NCBI RefSeq assembly: GCF_037042905.1
Contig: NC_087251.1
Location: 26,290,001-26,354,000 of the forward strand
Reading direction: 5' to 3'
DNA: 64,000 nucleotides
DNA from: Lytechinus pictus
Lineage: Eukaryota
The notes below the pieces were generated by a model. That model had not been told where the DNA came from. It saw only the letters and a list, made by a program, of their open reading frames with translations, and did not search any database. How positions within the stretch are numbered: the stretch's first letter is position 1; each line of letters starts with the position of its first letter. Of the stretch, positions 40,601-53,865 are shown in pieces. A program made the translations under genes and the position numbers.

Positions 40601-43600
40601 GTGAATTATTTTCTTTGCATCAAAACAAGGCTAAGCCATGAAATGGGAGACGGATGCTTACGTCAAATGAACGAGTTTGATGACTTATATTTAACCCTTT
40701 GCGTGCGGACCCGTGAATCCCGATACCTCTCCCTGCGGCGGAGCCGTTTTGGTACATTGCTGGTATTTGGATCTGTGGCGGTGTTTTCCCAATCAATTGC
40801 TAATTGCGCCAAACTGATGTATTTTCAGGATTTTTAGTAAATGTAAAGATGAAAGATCAGACATTTTTCTTTCTAGAAATACAGATTTCGCTTCTCAAAT
40901 CAACAGAATAGTTAAGAAATTTATGAGGAAAAAGTCGTGTTATTTTGTAAAAGCTTCGTTTTCCCCCAAGTCAATAGGCACTGTGTACAAAAATGCGTAA
41001 GGGCAATCAGCACGCGCGGACAGGTCGGGTTCGATCGATACCGCTTTGTTGTCTGCTCTAGTGCTTTTTTTCATTGCCTATTGTCCCGCTACTCATGAAT
41101 TGTCTCTTTACCTCCTTGTAGAGAGATCATTTGCAAAGTGTATAATTACAACGATAATCCGTTTTGGGTGAAATCACAGCATACCATATACCTTTATTTT
41201 CCAGAATGAACAAAAAAGCGCGAATTTTCCCTTGCAAGTGCGATGATGATGCCGCGCAACGAAAGTCCGAAACTATTTTGTGATTTTTTGGGGGCTTCAA
41301 GAGGGTGGCCTCAACGTTTCACTAAATATCGTCTTTGGTATCTTTTCATAAATTATGGTTTGTATTAAAAAAAAACAATTTTGTTCCTGAAGATTACATA
41401 CCAGTATTCGATATGTTTTCCATTGCAATTTCAAAGAGTGAAGGGTGTAAATAAGTTTCAAATTATATAGAGGATCTGAAATCATACCTCCCAACGCTCT
41501 CCTCGTCTCGTTCTACGTTTCATTTTTCTTATCTTCTTTTTCCCTCCAAAATAACCATGCTACCGACTACTGTTCGTCACAATGAGAGAAAGTAAATTAT
41601 TTTCATCTAATGAAATTGTAACATCTAAATTAAAAGTGTTTTATTATGTTCCTCCATTTTATTCATTTTTTAACCGCTCTGGTTTTTTTCACAATCGAAA
41701 ACAAAATTAATAAATAAATTATGAAAAATTTGTATCACTTTTTGTCTCTTTCTTTTTAATCGTTCAATTAAAACAGTACAGGGGTGTTGGAGTTGGTAGG
41801 AGGCGGGAGTCCACCCCCCCCCCTCCCCTTCAGGAAACGTATACAAAAAGGGGAAGTATTTCTTTTTTTATAAAGTGCTGTCATGCTCAAGAAGAAAACG
41901 TTCTTGCCATTTTTAAGCGCCTGCATGGTTTGTCAATAAACAAGTAGACATTTACATTGTTTAAATGTTATTGTCGTAATATGAAAAGCAGTATTCCTAA
42001 GAGATTTTTTTTCGTTAATTATATGTCTCAATTAATTCAGTTTGCCACGCAGCTATTGTAATAGTAAAATAATTTTCTTCCTGAAGTTTGCGCACCAGTA
42101 TTCGATTTGTAATATCCTGAAATTATTTCAAAGTTACACGAGTACGAGTGACTAAAATTGTAAGTCTGAAATCATACCTCCCGACTCTCTCCTTGTCACT
42201 TTCTACGTTTCTTTCTTTATTTTACTTTTCCCTCAAAAAGAGCCATGCTAGCAACTACTAAAAGTAAGAGAAATTATTTTTTCTTGAATAAATTATAACA
42301 TCTGCAATTAAAAGTGTTTTTTATTTGTTCTTTCGTTTTGTTCTATTTTTTATGTGTCTCCTTGATTTCACAACCAAAACCACATGAAATAATCATGGTA
42401 ATAAATAAATCATTAAAACAAATCATAATAGTAATAGTATGCAGCGCTTAGAAACATTTGTATTATAATTGCTATATAAATGTTGCATATCATTATTATT
42501 AGTATTATAATATAATTCACTTTTGCCTCTATCGTTTTAATCGTTCAATCTAATAGTACAGAAGCGGCGGAGTTGGTAGGAAGTTTCAGTCCTCTCCCCT
42601 TCAGCAAACATGTACAAAAAATCCGAAGTCTATATAAATTTGTAATTTTTCTTTTAGCCGGTGCACTCCCTCCAACTATCGGCTCAACCCCTCCATTATC
42701 AAAAACGCTCAGCGGCCCCTGTTTTTTTTATGTAAGAAATAAGATATTTCAGTTTTGATGCTAACCAGGGTAAGCGACCCAAATGTTTGTTTGCAGTAAC
42801 GGGAACAAAAACGGGTGGGTCGGATTTTTTTCTAAATGAATCTTTTCTACCACGCTTTTCGCCGGTTAAATAAAAAATAAGAAATTGGCGAAAAAAACCC
42901 CAGAAAATCGGAGAGAGGAGACAAACAAGCAATATTAGAGTGCAGGTCAGAACATTTCTATCTGGAGGGGGAAGGGGTATGTCAAACAAGAATAATAAAA
43001 AAAAAGTCATCAGTTTGACAAGGGTCTGAGGACCGAGTTGCGACAAACAAACGTTGTGGGATTTTTTTTAGTAATCTATAACCAAAAATAAAGTCATGTT
43101 GTTATTCGTTTAAGTGGATATTCATGGATTTTAGCAAAGCGCACTTGTCTATTAACCCTTTTATTTTCTGTCTCTCATTCTCTCTCGTTCTCCGTGACAT
43201 CTGAACATTTTTTTCTACAATTTCCCTAAATGGTTCTTCTTTCATCCTTATATGCATCATCACCAAGGGGAAGCGCTTTGAATCACTGACGGATGTCATA
43301 AGCACCTACGAGTTGTTGGTAAATGAGACAAAGTTTGTTGTTTTTAGTTCCGGTATGTTGGTCGAAATAAAAAAAAGTATTCATAAAAGCTTTTTGTATT
43401 GCTAAGTACGAAAAGCATTCAATAAGTCATCCTCTCGATAAACACTAATCTTCCTTTTGTTCGGGGCGTTGACCATCTGTATCCTGCTCTTTTCGGAAGG
43501 ATTTTGTTTGAGTGGCCGCCCTAACCTTCTTTTGTTCGGGTAGTGCGGATATCATGAAAAACATGGACGTTTTCCTTTTGAAAACAGCATAAGATGAATG

Positions 43601-46600
43601 GTGCGCTAAACTGCTTTATTTTCTCTTTTTTTTTTTTACAGAATAGTAGACAAAAATAATGAGAAGAAGAGAGATGATTATATTATGGGGAGTGAAAAAG
43701 TTCAAAAGTGTACCGAGATCAGCTCAAAGTACTAAGACATTACTCTCGTACAAGCTTTTCTGTTTTTCTGAAAATACAATCAATCGATGAAACCGAGGAG
43801 ATATTATTCTAGAGTGAAATCTCCTTGATGAAACAAATAATAAGACGGAAATGGTGAATAAACGCGTAGCTTATTACGTGACGATCTTGCAGAAAAGATG
43901 TTGGTGTACGATATGGATCAAATCACGTGATCCGAACATGTCACGTGATCAGGCCTTTTGCGCGCGCGTACGTGCTCGTCACCAAATTTATTCGTCCCCG
44001 TCTGAATCCAACGAAAAAATCGGGTAAAGTTGAAATGATTTCCTATTTTCGGGATTTTTCCCACGTAGCTGTATATTTTTTTCATTCTGTTATCGAAATA
44101 GGTTTATAAAGAAAATAATGGCAGAGGTTTTAGTACATAACAATTACGAAAAAGCTGAAAAACTTCATCGAATTAGACCAAAAAAATATCGGCTTCTGTA
44201 GAAGCCCGTCGTAGCTAAGTGAACAACTCGCTGGGCTTCTGTGGAAGCCCGTCGCACGCAAAGGGTTAACTTACAAGTATTCTGAACCAAGTTCAATGAC
44301 CTCAATTAAATTAAAATGATGTTTTTGAATTCTGGTTCATTATTAGGCTTTTTCTTTCATTAAATAAAGTCTGTAATGATTCATTTGAGTGGTCATCTGC
44401 ATAAAAAAGATACAAAAGGGCAAAGGGCAATTACCCCCAAAATATTTTGAAAAAGGCCCTAGTAAAATAACGATTAAGCCCTGTAATTTATCACTTTGCT
44501 GCAATAAAAATAAAATTTATTATAGGCAAAAGTATTCCCCATTCGGAAATATCTTTTCCCCCTCCTTGTCATGCTTCAAAAATATAAAAGGACACATATA
44601 ATGAATATTTCTGTCTAAGCTTTCTTTGAGTAAGTGTGTGACTCCAAGTAAATATTTGTACATTTTGTATTTTCATTTCTTTTTCAAATTCTCTATTCTA
44701 TTTTCAAAGAGAAAATTAACGGTTTATTATATTTTTTCTAACAACTAAAAGACAACCACAACCCCTCTCCCTGATCTGGAGTCTGTTGCATAAAAAAACA
44801 TTTTAAAAAAGCCATTGACATTTAACACATTAAAAACTCTGGTAAAAAAATTGCCAGAGTTTTTTTTTTAATGCAACCCGTCTCTGGAGTCCAGAAAGAG
44901 ATGCACTCAAGCAAAACTCAATCCAAGCCCCGAGCATGTGATTCTTATTGGTTGAAAACAAAGTTGTCTTGCTTTTTTTTTTGTAGTTGCATTTGATTGA
45001 AATTCTTTCGGCAACAAGCCCCAGGACACCCAAGTCCTTGAATATGATCATTCCTACATGTACAGATTTCAAAGAATACACCCACTCACAACAAAGCCTT
45101 CGCTCTCTATTTTTGTTCCAATCAGGTAGAGTAAATCAGTCTACATCTATTTCCGTCACCAGAGGTTTGCTAAAGGTCACCTAACGTGATACTATCTGGT
45201 CATGTGACAACAAGGACTCCACAAACAAAAAATATTCTACCTGCATTTTGGTGATGATGATCATGTTATTTGTTGTTGCTCTTAAAATATTATATTTAGT
45301 CCCATACAGCAGCTATAATAATAAATACAGTTTGCTTTATACTCGTAATATCATTTTTCAGATCATTTCACTTTTAGGGAATATCTAAATTGAAGGGTTG
45401 TAATTCAACAACACACATATCCATGTTTATGTAACCGATTGCATCAGAAAAACACATTTCCATTTTGAAATGTGGAGCAATCATAAATCATTAAAACCCT
45501 TCCCTAAACCTATTAGCAGCTGAGAGGATGATTGGCATAGAAGATGAGTGTTTTTCCTGTCGAGGTGAGAGCTAGCCCTACTTTCGGAAAGCATCTGGAA
45601 TGTACAAGTAACGCCATGGCAACAGACATTCCCCGCACCTGCTTTACATCTACAGCGTCCAGGAAACATCGTCTGAGATGGAGTACTCTTCCGAAACTTC
45701 ATTTGTGATTTTTAACCCATTCACTGCCAATTTCTTTCATTCCTATAGAGTTACCACATGAACCAAAAGGTACCAGCACAGTTAGCATTTTCTTACAACA
45801 CTCATATACTAGGAGACCAAGAACAAAAGATTTGTTTCACTAATCCTATTGTTCTGTGCTTTATTGCCTAATTTTCTGGGTTCTAAGTTATATAGTTTGT
45901 CTAGAAATGCTGGAAACTACATTAAAACAAGTATGCCAACTTTCAAAAGTGTCTAAGAAAATATGTAATATCAGTTTTTCTTTTGGTTCTGCTTTTTTTT
46001 AATGTACTGAAGACTCACTGGAGGAAGTACATATCAAAGCTTATTGACTTTTATTCCTATCATTTTGATCTATTCTTTTTTAAAGAAATCATTTTGAGAC
46101 TGGTAATTGGAATTGTCATTCCTAATGGAATGGAGAGTGTTTCCTGTTGATCTTACAGCCCCTTCCTATTTCTTAACTGTACAGCATCAATACCCAGCAC
46201 TATTTTACCCACTGATTAAGAAAATGATATTATTAAAACTGTAAGTTATCATCTCTTGAACCTCCATGGCAAGTTGCTATATGATAAATTTACCTTTTAT
46301 TAATGTCCATGGTCTGTGAAATACCAATCAATATACCAGTCAATAAACAGGACATTTTAGCATATGAAAATTGTAAAACTCTTGTTGATGTTCTTGTTGT
46401 TGTCAGACTAACCATTCTACAAGAATCTTAAACTGGAATGCTTAGTTCGATGATTGTGTTTCTAGCTATAAATTCTTTCTCCGCTTTCCATTGTTTTTTT
46501 CTACATATTTACTTTTATTTCCTTGATGTTTAAGTGTACGATCAATCATAAGAGGCGTTACAAAACATTCTTTAAATCATACTTTGACATGGAATGTGAA

Positions 46601-49600
46601 CACACCCGTCAGGGTCTTCCCTTTGTTACTGTTTGCCATTAGTCATGCTGACACCGTCTGTCCCTGGGTTTCCCTTCACACCCACACCCATAGGGCTCAT
46701 GTTCATGTTCTACCTCACCTCTACGTTTCAATCCCATCTTAACGCTTGCCAACAGCCCAATAGAGATAATGTTATCCTAATCCAGAATGATCATCGCCAG
46801 ATGATGTTAGATCTATTTTGAACGTGGGTGGTGATGGATTAAGGCCTGGCATGGTACATTCATGTGTGTTTGAAGAAAGATAATATATCATTTCCTAACA
46901 TCTTCATTATGTATGCACCTTCTTAGAACATTCGTAAGAATATCATTATGTTGTTTAAATTTGAGAGAGATGAAGACAACCTCTATCAATATAATGCTTA
47001 ATTTTCTCATATTGACAACTGATTCAGTATTTTTCATGCCAATTCTCTTTCAATCAACCATGCATAAAGTAATGCAAGTTATAATTTGCCTCAGTCAAAG
47101 CTTTTTTCACAGTCACCTTTGAAGAGTAATTTCAGTCAAGTTTGTTGAACTTCAGACTTTTTAGCAAGTTCAAGTCAATAGAAATATTGTCTTTCTATAT
47201 TTCCTCTTTTATACATCCACACTAAACAATGAATGATTCACAATCTCTTGCTTTAAATGCCTATTTCTAATATGGCATTGACATTGAAAAAATAGATAAA
47301 TCATGGAACACATCTTTCCTTACCATATTTAATTGATGTGTCAGTCTTCTGAGTTCAACTTCAAGTTCACTCTTTGTCCGAGCTGATGTTGCTGAAGGTC
47401 CTTCTTCATACGCACTGCTGTTAAAGAAAACAAACAAGAGAAGAAAGAAAGTAATTATTTTCAAATCACAAATGCACTACAGTATAGATTTGGAAATTAT
47501 TCATATGAGGATTATGAAGTTACAATGAAATCTTAGAAAAAAAAAAAAAAATGTAAACAGAATAAAAAAGATCTTTCAGCTCTACATAGAATCAAATCAG
47601 TGCAAGAGAGCAAAATATAAAGACATTGGTGAGAAGCAAAAAGAAGATGAGATAAAGAGTGAGAGAGAAAAGAAAGGGAAAGGGGGGGGGGAAGATTAAT
47701 AGAATAAATAGAATGGAGAACAAAAGGAAGAAATTGAGAGACAGATACAGAGGGAAAGGGGAGAAAAAGGGTGCATACACATTTCTTGATCTACAGTATA
47801 CTCAGGGTTGCAAACAATCAATAGTAGTATCAGTTTTACTAAAACAAACAGAATTGGGTCTTAATCACAGAGGGAATAATTTCTTCCTTCCTATCAGGAT
47901 AAACATGGATGTATAGGGGATCTTTTGAGCATCTTTTCCAGGTTGTTTATAGTCTAGCTTCAAGATTGAAAATAAAGAAAAAACAAAGATTTTTCCTCAT
48001 TTCTAATGTCTGGACTTTACTCTTAAATAATCATGACTTGAAGAAAGACAGGTTACATTTTACTTTCGAATTTGCCTCTCCAAATCATATCCTGAGTCTT
48101 AAATCAATTTTTGATTCACAGTGGGGAGTATCATCCTTGAAGCAAGACTACTGCTTTACATGACAAATCCAGGTTGAGTCAAATATGGGTGCTACAAATT
48201 GATTACAAACACCTCGTATTCTATATTTAAACCACCAAATGTATTGCTTTGGCGAATGAACACTAATAGCCTGGGACATATGAAATTAAACAGAATACGC
48301 AGATCTTGTTAATGAATGAAGATCTACATGCATGCCTCGACTCCTGGAAGTTTGAAGGTTTTTACGTCAAAGTGTGTGAAATGCAGATAAGAAGAATATT
48401 TTTGGTAAATTGAGAGGTCTTAACTGAGCATATATCATGATCATCATTTATTCAATTTAGAATTTTTTCCTCTGAGGAGAGGGTTGCAGAATCCTGTGCC
48501 ATTGTGACACCTTCTCCTTCCACTTCTTTCTGTCTTGAGCAATTAGTCAATCATTTGAAGACATTCCTGTATTCCAGGGAGGTTAATTCACAACAGCTAA
48601 AATAAATTAAATCATTAAATTCCATAATGCATATAAACTGTAAATTAGATGCCCTAGAAGGGGAGGAAAGAAGTTCGACTCAGCAGTGGAATGAAGAAGG
48701 GAAACATGAGAAAGAAAATTTTCAGAAAGGGAAAGTAAAATAAGAAAAAAATATTGGGCAACAGAAATAAAGCAAACCATTGTAAAGAAGTTGAAGGAAA
48801 AAAGGGTGAAATAATTACTCATACAAAAGAACAGTGACAAACAGATGAAGAAATATAGACTACAAGAAAGCAGTCGAGGAAAGTAAAATAAAACTTAAAA
48901 GAACAAATAAAACATTCCAACTGCTTTCCTCTCAGTTAACTTATACTTCTACTTTCTCTGACACACAGACTTTTCTAACTCTATTAGACTACACATGTGC
49001 GCAAGTGATAAGAAAATAATTTTCAACATGATCTTAAATTTCTTCATAAAGGCAATAGGAGCATTAGCATTCTTATTCAATACATCGTATTTAACATTTG
49101 AAGCACATGTTCTATCATTACAGCACTACTAATCAGAAATTAAGCAGTAATAGGCTAATTAGATCCAAACTGATCAGGTTCTGGCAATAGTTCCTCACTT
49201 GGTTCAGCAAATATGACACATAATTGATAATTTAACCTTTCAAATGATTTGTAAAAGATGCAGCGAAGTTGAATATTCGCATCAAAGAGGAGTCGTCTGT
49301 GAGGAGGATTTACAGAGAACAGTGAGGGTGTCTTAATTGACATCTTAATTCACAAACGAAGCTATCTTGAGTGGCAAACTGCTTGGGAACAGCTGCAAAG
49401 GTGGTGTAAATTACTTGTATGTACATGAACATGTCAATGCATGCTCAAAGATAAGAAGACAGTAAAAAAGGCTCGAATTATCATATATGAGAATTGATAA
49501 TGACTTGCAAGTTAAGCATAAAAAGCATAAAAATAATGAGAGTTGACAACTGAGAGGCCTTTACTAAAAATGAGTGATTTTGAGAAAATAATTTCCAACA

Positions 49601-52600
49601 AACAGAAGGTTTTAACTTAACTTCAGGTTATATTTTAGAAATCAAAGTTGTCTTCCTTGAGGTGGTGACGTGTTATTTTGCTTATAGGCATTAAGTTAAA
49701 TCAACTAGGCTTATGATTTTCAGAATCTGTAGGTTGGAGTAAGTATTTTGGTACCAAAATATCAAACTGCAAAAAAGTAAGTTTACAAATCTGAAGATTC
49801 CCATTTTCAGATATGATATGAGGCAAAGTAAATTTTAAGTTCAGTTATTTGGCTTCAACTGCCTTTTGCATCAACATGTATTACCCAGGATGTTGGGTTT
49901 GAATTAAATTACTTGAAAATTTTAAGTAAAGATTTTACATGACTTCAACTAATTAATCTGGAAAGAAAGATCTTGTGTGGAAATCACCTCTTTCCCACCT
50001 GACACCATAGTTATGTATTTAATCGAATTTCCCCTGTAAAAGATGAATTTACAGATAACGGAAATATAATTCTCAAACCTTCACCCTGCTCAAGCAATTA
50101 TCCTTCATGTCATTCATCTCAAACTTTGCCCCCCCCCCCTCCCTCACTCAAATTTGAATACTACAGTGCATATAAAAAAAAAAGTGTTTACACTTTGAAA
50201 AAGCCCTGGGAATTCAAAAAAATAAAACATGTGGGTAATTTTTTCACATATATTCTTGTGTTTGGGTCTCATCTATCCAATGAAAGTATAAGTTTTAAAA
50301 GAATGTTACACTTGAGTGAGCACTGTCCATTTTTGTAAAGCTCGCAGAAATCAGTTTGTGCAGAAATGCTTTTTTACACGCTGTGTCAAGGGGAAAGGGC
50401 GAAATCAAATTTACTGAGCGAAACATTTCTCATACATTTCCCTTGCACTTTTAGTCAATTGAAATAAAACCATTCAAGCATTTTGTAACAATTTTTCCAC
50501 CCAAATTGAAATTTCAACACTTAGTAAGCACAACCTTTACCCTTTTTGTGCCAGCTGGATCTGAGGACATAACTCCAGCATTTTTCACTAAGTTTTTATC
50601 CTTTAAAGTGGGTTTACATTTCATTTTTTATTTACCGGTAATACTTGTTTCTCCACACTTTTCCCAAGCTTGACAATGATTAACAAAAATAAAAATCAAG
50701 CCTAAGCCATTTCATGTAAATCACAGCTCAGTGTAAAGCAAATAATGTCACAATGGCCTCGGTGTGTGGGGGAGTGGGGTGGGGTGCAATGTACTCTTCG
50801 AAGTGTTTTGGGCAAGGAAACAAGTTAAAAAAGGTAAAAGATATCTTCAAAACAATTTTACTAGCTAAATTCCACATGTTCTTCATGATTAAGGTCTACT
50901 TTTATTTGCATTAAAAAAACAAACTATTTCATAGTTCTGTGCAAATCATTTTTCACTAACTTTTCAAAAGTAAGTGGTGCTCACTCAAGCGAAAATAATG
51001 TTGACAGTTATACCGTCATTTGCTTAAATGGATATGTACCAATGTTAAAATATGGAAAAATCTTCAGGATATTACAAATGTATAAGTTTACAGGATTTTT
51101 ATAAGTGTAAAATCTTTTGATAAACACTGTATAATAAAGATGATAATATTAAACATAATAAAAAAAAATTTCTAAAAGTGCTGCATATTATTATAACTTA
51201 AGCATGGTTATTGTAATAGGCCCACAATCATTTGTGAGATTCTTCCTAATGGGTTCCCATTTACCTCACCACGGTGAAGAGTGGGAAATAGGGCTTTAGA
51301 GATAGTGACAGCCTTTTCTAAAAAAAAATTGAGGGTACTTTGTGCAAACAGTCTTTGTTATGAAGTTCATTGCAGTGCTATGAATTGACGTTTCCAAATT
51401 TTCAAGATTCTGACAGCAATAAATCAATAATCACAGAACCTGGAAGAAATCTTTTAGAAACAACAGATATTTAAGAGTGCGTATTAATCTTGTCTTTTCA
51501 TTCAGTACTTCACTTCTGTGACATTTTGCAGGATTTAAAAGAAAAACATATTGCTTATAATTATGTGATATATTCAAGAATAAGTACTCCTTCCTGTCAA
51601 CAGTTCTTTGAAAACACCTACATTGTACTATCCAATCTTCAATAACCAGGTCATTGTCAAATTTATGAATTTACATGAGTCTTTAATATTCAACTCTAAA
51701 AGTCATGGTTAGATTGAATTCCCACTGATTATACCCTACAGTAGATGAAACTTGAAATCCCATAAGTACAAGGTCGTAATGACATTTGCATTGCTGGAGG
51801 TCATCTTAAAATTATAAAAAAAAGTCTATGATGACGTATATGTTTAAAGATCACTTTCAAAGTAAAGCAGATACAAGAAAGAGAGAGAGAGCCTTGACTA
51901 AAGAAAATATGTAGGCACCATTGGTATTAGTTATTTTGAAACAGAATGTCAGGGTAAATAGAATTGTATATTTTCCAACAGGAAATAGCATTGGAGTTCT
52001 CTGTACTCATTGAATCCCTGTTATCAAGTCATCCACCCACGACAAATCTATGATTCATAAGAAATTAGCACTTCAAGAAAACAGAGATCAAGTGAAAAAT
52101 GAAACAAGGAAAAAATATTGCAGTGAAGGAATAAGAAATAAACAGTCCACCACGATGTTTCAGCTGGGTTTTTCTTCTATTACAATAAATATTGAGGGAA
52201 CTTGAAGACCAAATCCTTTGGAGTGGATCATTTATCTAATGAAATTCCACCTATCATAAAATAGTTTGAAAGCTCAAAATTTTCTGTCTTCATCTTTCCC
52301 ATAAAATGACATATACATTAACCTTGAATAATTTGGATATTGAAAAGAAAAATGAAAATGGTAGATAAAACCTTGTAAATCAAATTAGTATATGTAAAAG
52401 GTTTACAATTACACAAATAAAAAATGGGCTAAAACAGCTTGAAACTGTTCCCCAATACTTTTTCATCAAATTTTACAATCTAAACACATACTCTGCGTCT
52501 TTCTCCCCTAGACTCGTCGACCGTGATCTCCTTTGCGTGAGTCCTCCTGATAGAGAGTCGCTGCTCTTGCTCATGCGCTTGTCAACGGCAGCATTGTTTG

Positions 52601-52684
52601 CAAAGGTGATAGCACCAACTATAGCATCATCAGCATCATCAAGGTGGTCGATGGATATGGACTTGAAGGCGGACTGCTCCATGC
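34637..52684 (-). CDS. SIPA1L: SIPA1-like (SIPA1L/SPAR RapGAP family) protein, last three coding exons with C-terminal coiled coil; 5' partial
   Basis: Exons 52684-52492 (phase 1/2), 47417-47324 (phase 2/0) and 34783-34637 (phase 0, TAG), all GT-AG and in frame. C-terminus ELEVELRRLTHQLNM|ERKQKEDMQSKISQLQDERMRLQGESASAAVQLKQIKDWIYQGDKPVK* closely resembles recalled vertebrate SIPA1L1/2 ends (..[33 protein letters not shown]..). Confidence 0.85.
37683..37763 (-). CDS. Candidate 81-nt in-frame cassette exon of the SIPA1L-like gene
   Basis: Acceptor CTCTCTCCCTGTTAG|, donor AGG|GTAAGT, phase 0-0, open frame SPLVISSLILHPMCLCSPVYPHVWITR. Confidence 0.45.
38390..38545 (-). mobile_element. Degenerate SINE copy; other fragments at ~7175-7250 (+), ~36830-36882 (-), ~42438-42510 (+), ~51140-51320 (-)
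   Basis: Reverse-strand similarity to the 10309 SINE core (CCTTTAGCAAGGCAATC..TTTGCCACTCTACCCAAGTG). The other sites match its head or tail. Confidence 0.6.
40695..44265. mobile_element. Non-autonomous piggyBac-like element (~3.57 kb)
   Basis: Perfect 13-bp TIR CCCTTTGCGTGCG, TTAA TSD at 40691-40694 and 44266-44269, two subterminal palindromic repeats GGCTTCTGTRGAAGCCCGTCG at the right end, no transposase ORF. Confidence 0.88.
50164..51129. mobile_element. Non-autonomous Tc1/mariner-like element (~966 bp)
   Basis: CAGTG..AAAA..TTTACACTT imperfect TIRs; TA on both flanks (50162-50163, 51130-51131). Confidence 0.75.
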
Positions 52685-52750
52685 CTGTGATAAAAAAAGA
52701 AACAATGATAACAGAAAAGTTGAAATATTGAAACAATAATAAGAGAAATA

Positions 52751-53865
52751 AACTCCTCAAAAAAAGTTTGGAAATCTGACTTTGATCGATACTCCCTCCT
52801 CGATTTTATTAAATATCAATGTGTAATTAATATCAATGAATAGAACATTTAATTTTCTTTAAAATGATACCCTACATGATATGATTATGGTTCACATGGA
52901 GGTGCTGTGCCTTGAAATGTGGGGCAAGGTCAAAATTCAAAAGTTGCAAAATGACACAATATTGGAGGTCACTGTTCTTTTTTCCTTGGTGATGAGTGAG
53001 TTTCTCAGTGGTTTGTTTTGACTTTGATCGATAATTCCACATCGGTTCTAGTAAATATCAATGTGTAATTAATATAATTTAATTTTCTTTAAAATGATAC
53101 CCTACATGATGTGATTATCGTTCACATGGAGGTGCAGTGCCTTGAAATATGGGGCAAGGTCAAAAGTTGCAAAATGACACAATATTGAATGTCACTTTTT
53201 TTTTTCAGTGGTGATGAGTGAATTTCTCAGCGGTTTCTTTTAATTATTCTCATGCACCTTAACATCAACATTAACATGGAATCAAACACACCTCTGCACA
53301 AGCAAACACATAACAAACAAACAAACATGCATGGGTATTTCAAACCACGACTTAAACCATGTTATCTCACAGAACCATAAAGCAGGGGCTTGATTTGAAT
53401 GGATTTTCATCTGTATTGACCATGTTGACACAGACAAAAGAATCATGTTCTGTATTGACCCTTCATGACTATTTCTGCTTGTTTTGCAGCTTTTCAGTTC
53501 AGACCTCATCCAACACTTTTGAATCCTGCTCTTTTCGTGATGGCATGATCTCATTTTAAAGAGAATTAAATGATCTTTTGAATGATGTAAAATATACATT
53601 GTGTAAAACTGGGAGTTGGGAGAAATTAATGGCCAAAGTCAGATTTCCAAACTTTTGTTGCTCGTTTTGCAGCTTTTCAATTCAGACCTCATCCAACACT
53701 TTTGAATCCTACTCTTTTCGTGACGGCATGATCATAACAGGCATGTTTTCATTTTTTAGAAAATTAAATGATCTTTTGAATGATGTAAGATATGCATTGT
53801 GTGAAATTGGGAGTTGGGAGAAATTAATGGCCAAACACAGATTTCCAAACTTTTTTTGAGGGGTT
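52751..53865. mobile_element. Non-autonomous Tc1-like element with duplicated terminal blocks (1115 bp)
   Basis: 28-bp TIR AACYCCTCAAAAAAAGTTTGGAAATCTG (1 mismatch) with TA flanks. Left block ~52779-53019 repeats at ~53021-53240; right block ~53478-53655 repeats at ~53661-53855. Confidence 0.85.

Noticed and set aside
46600..46830. Minus-strand GAG|GTGAGG donor as a cassette exon
   Set aside because: No good acceptor, and an immediate stop in the required frame.
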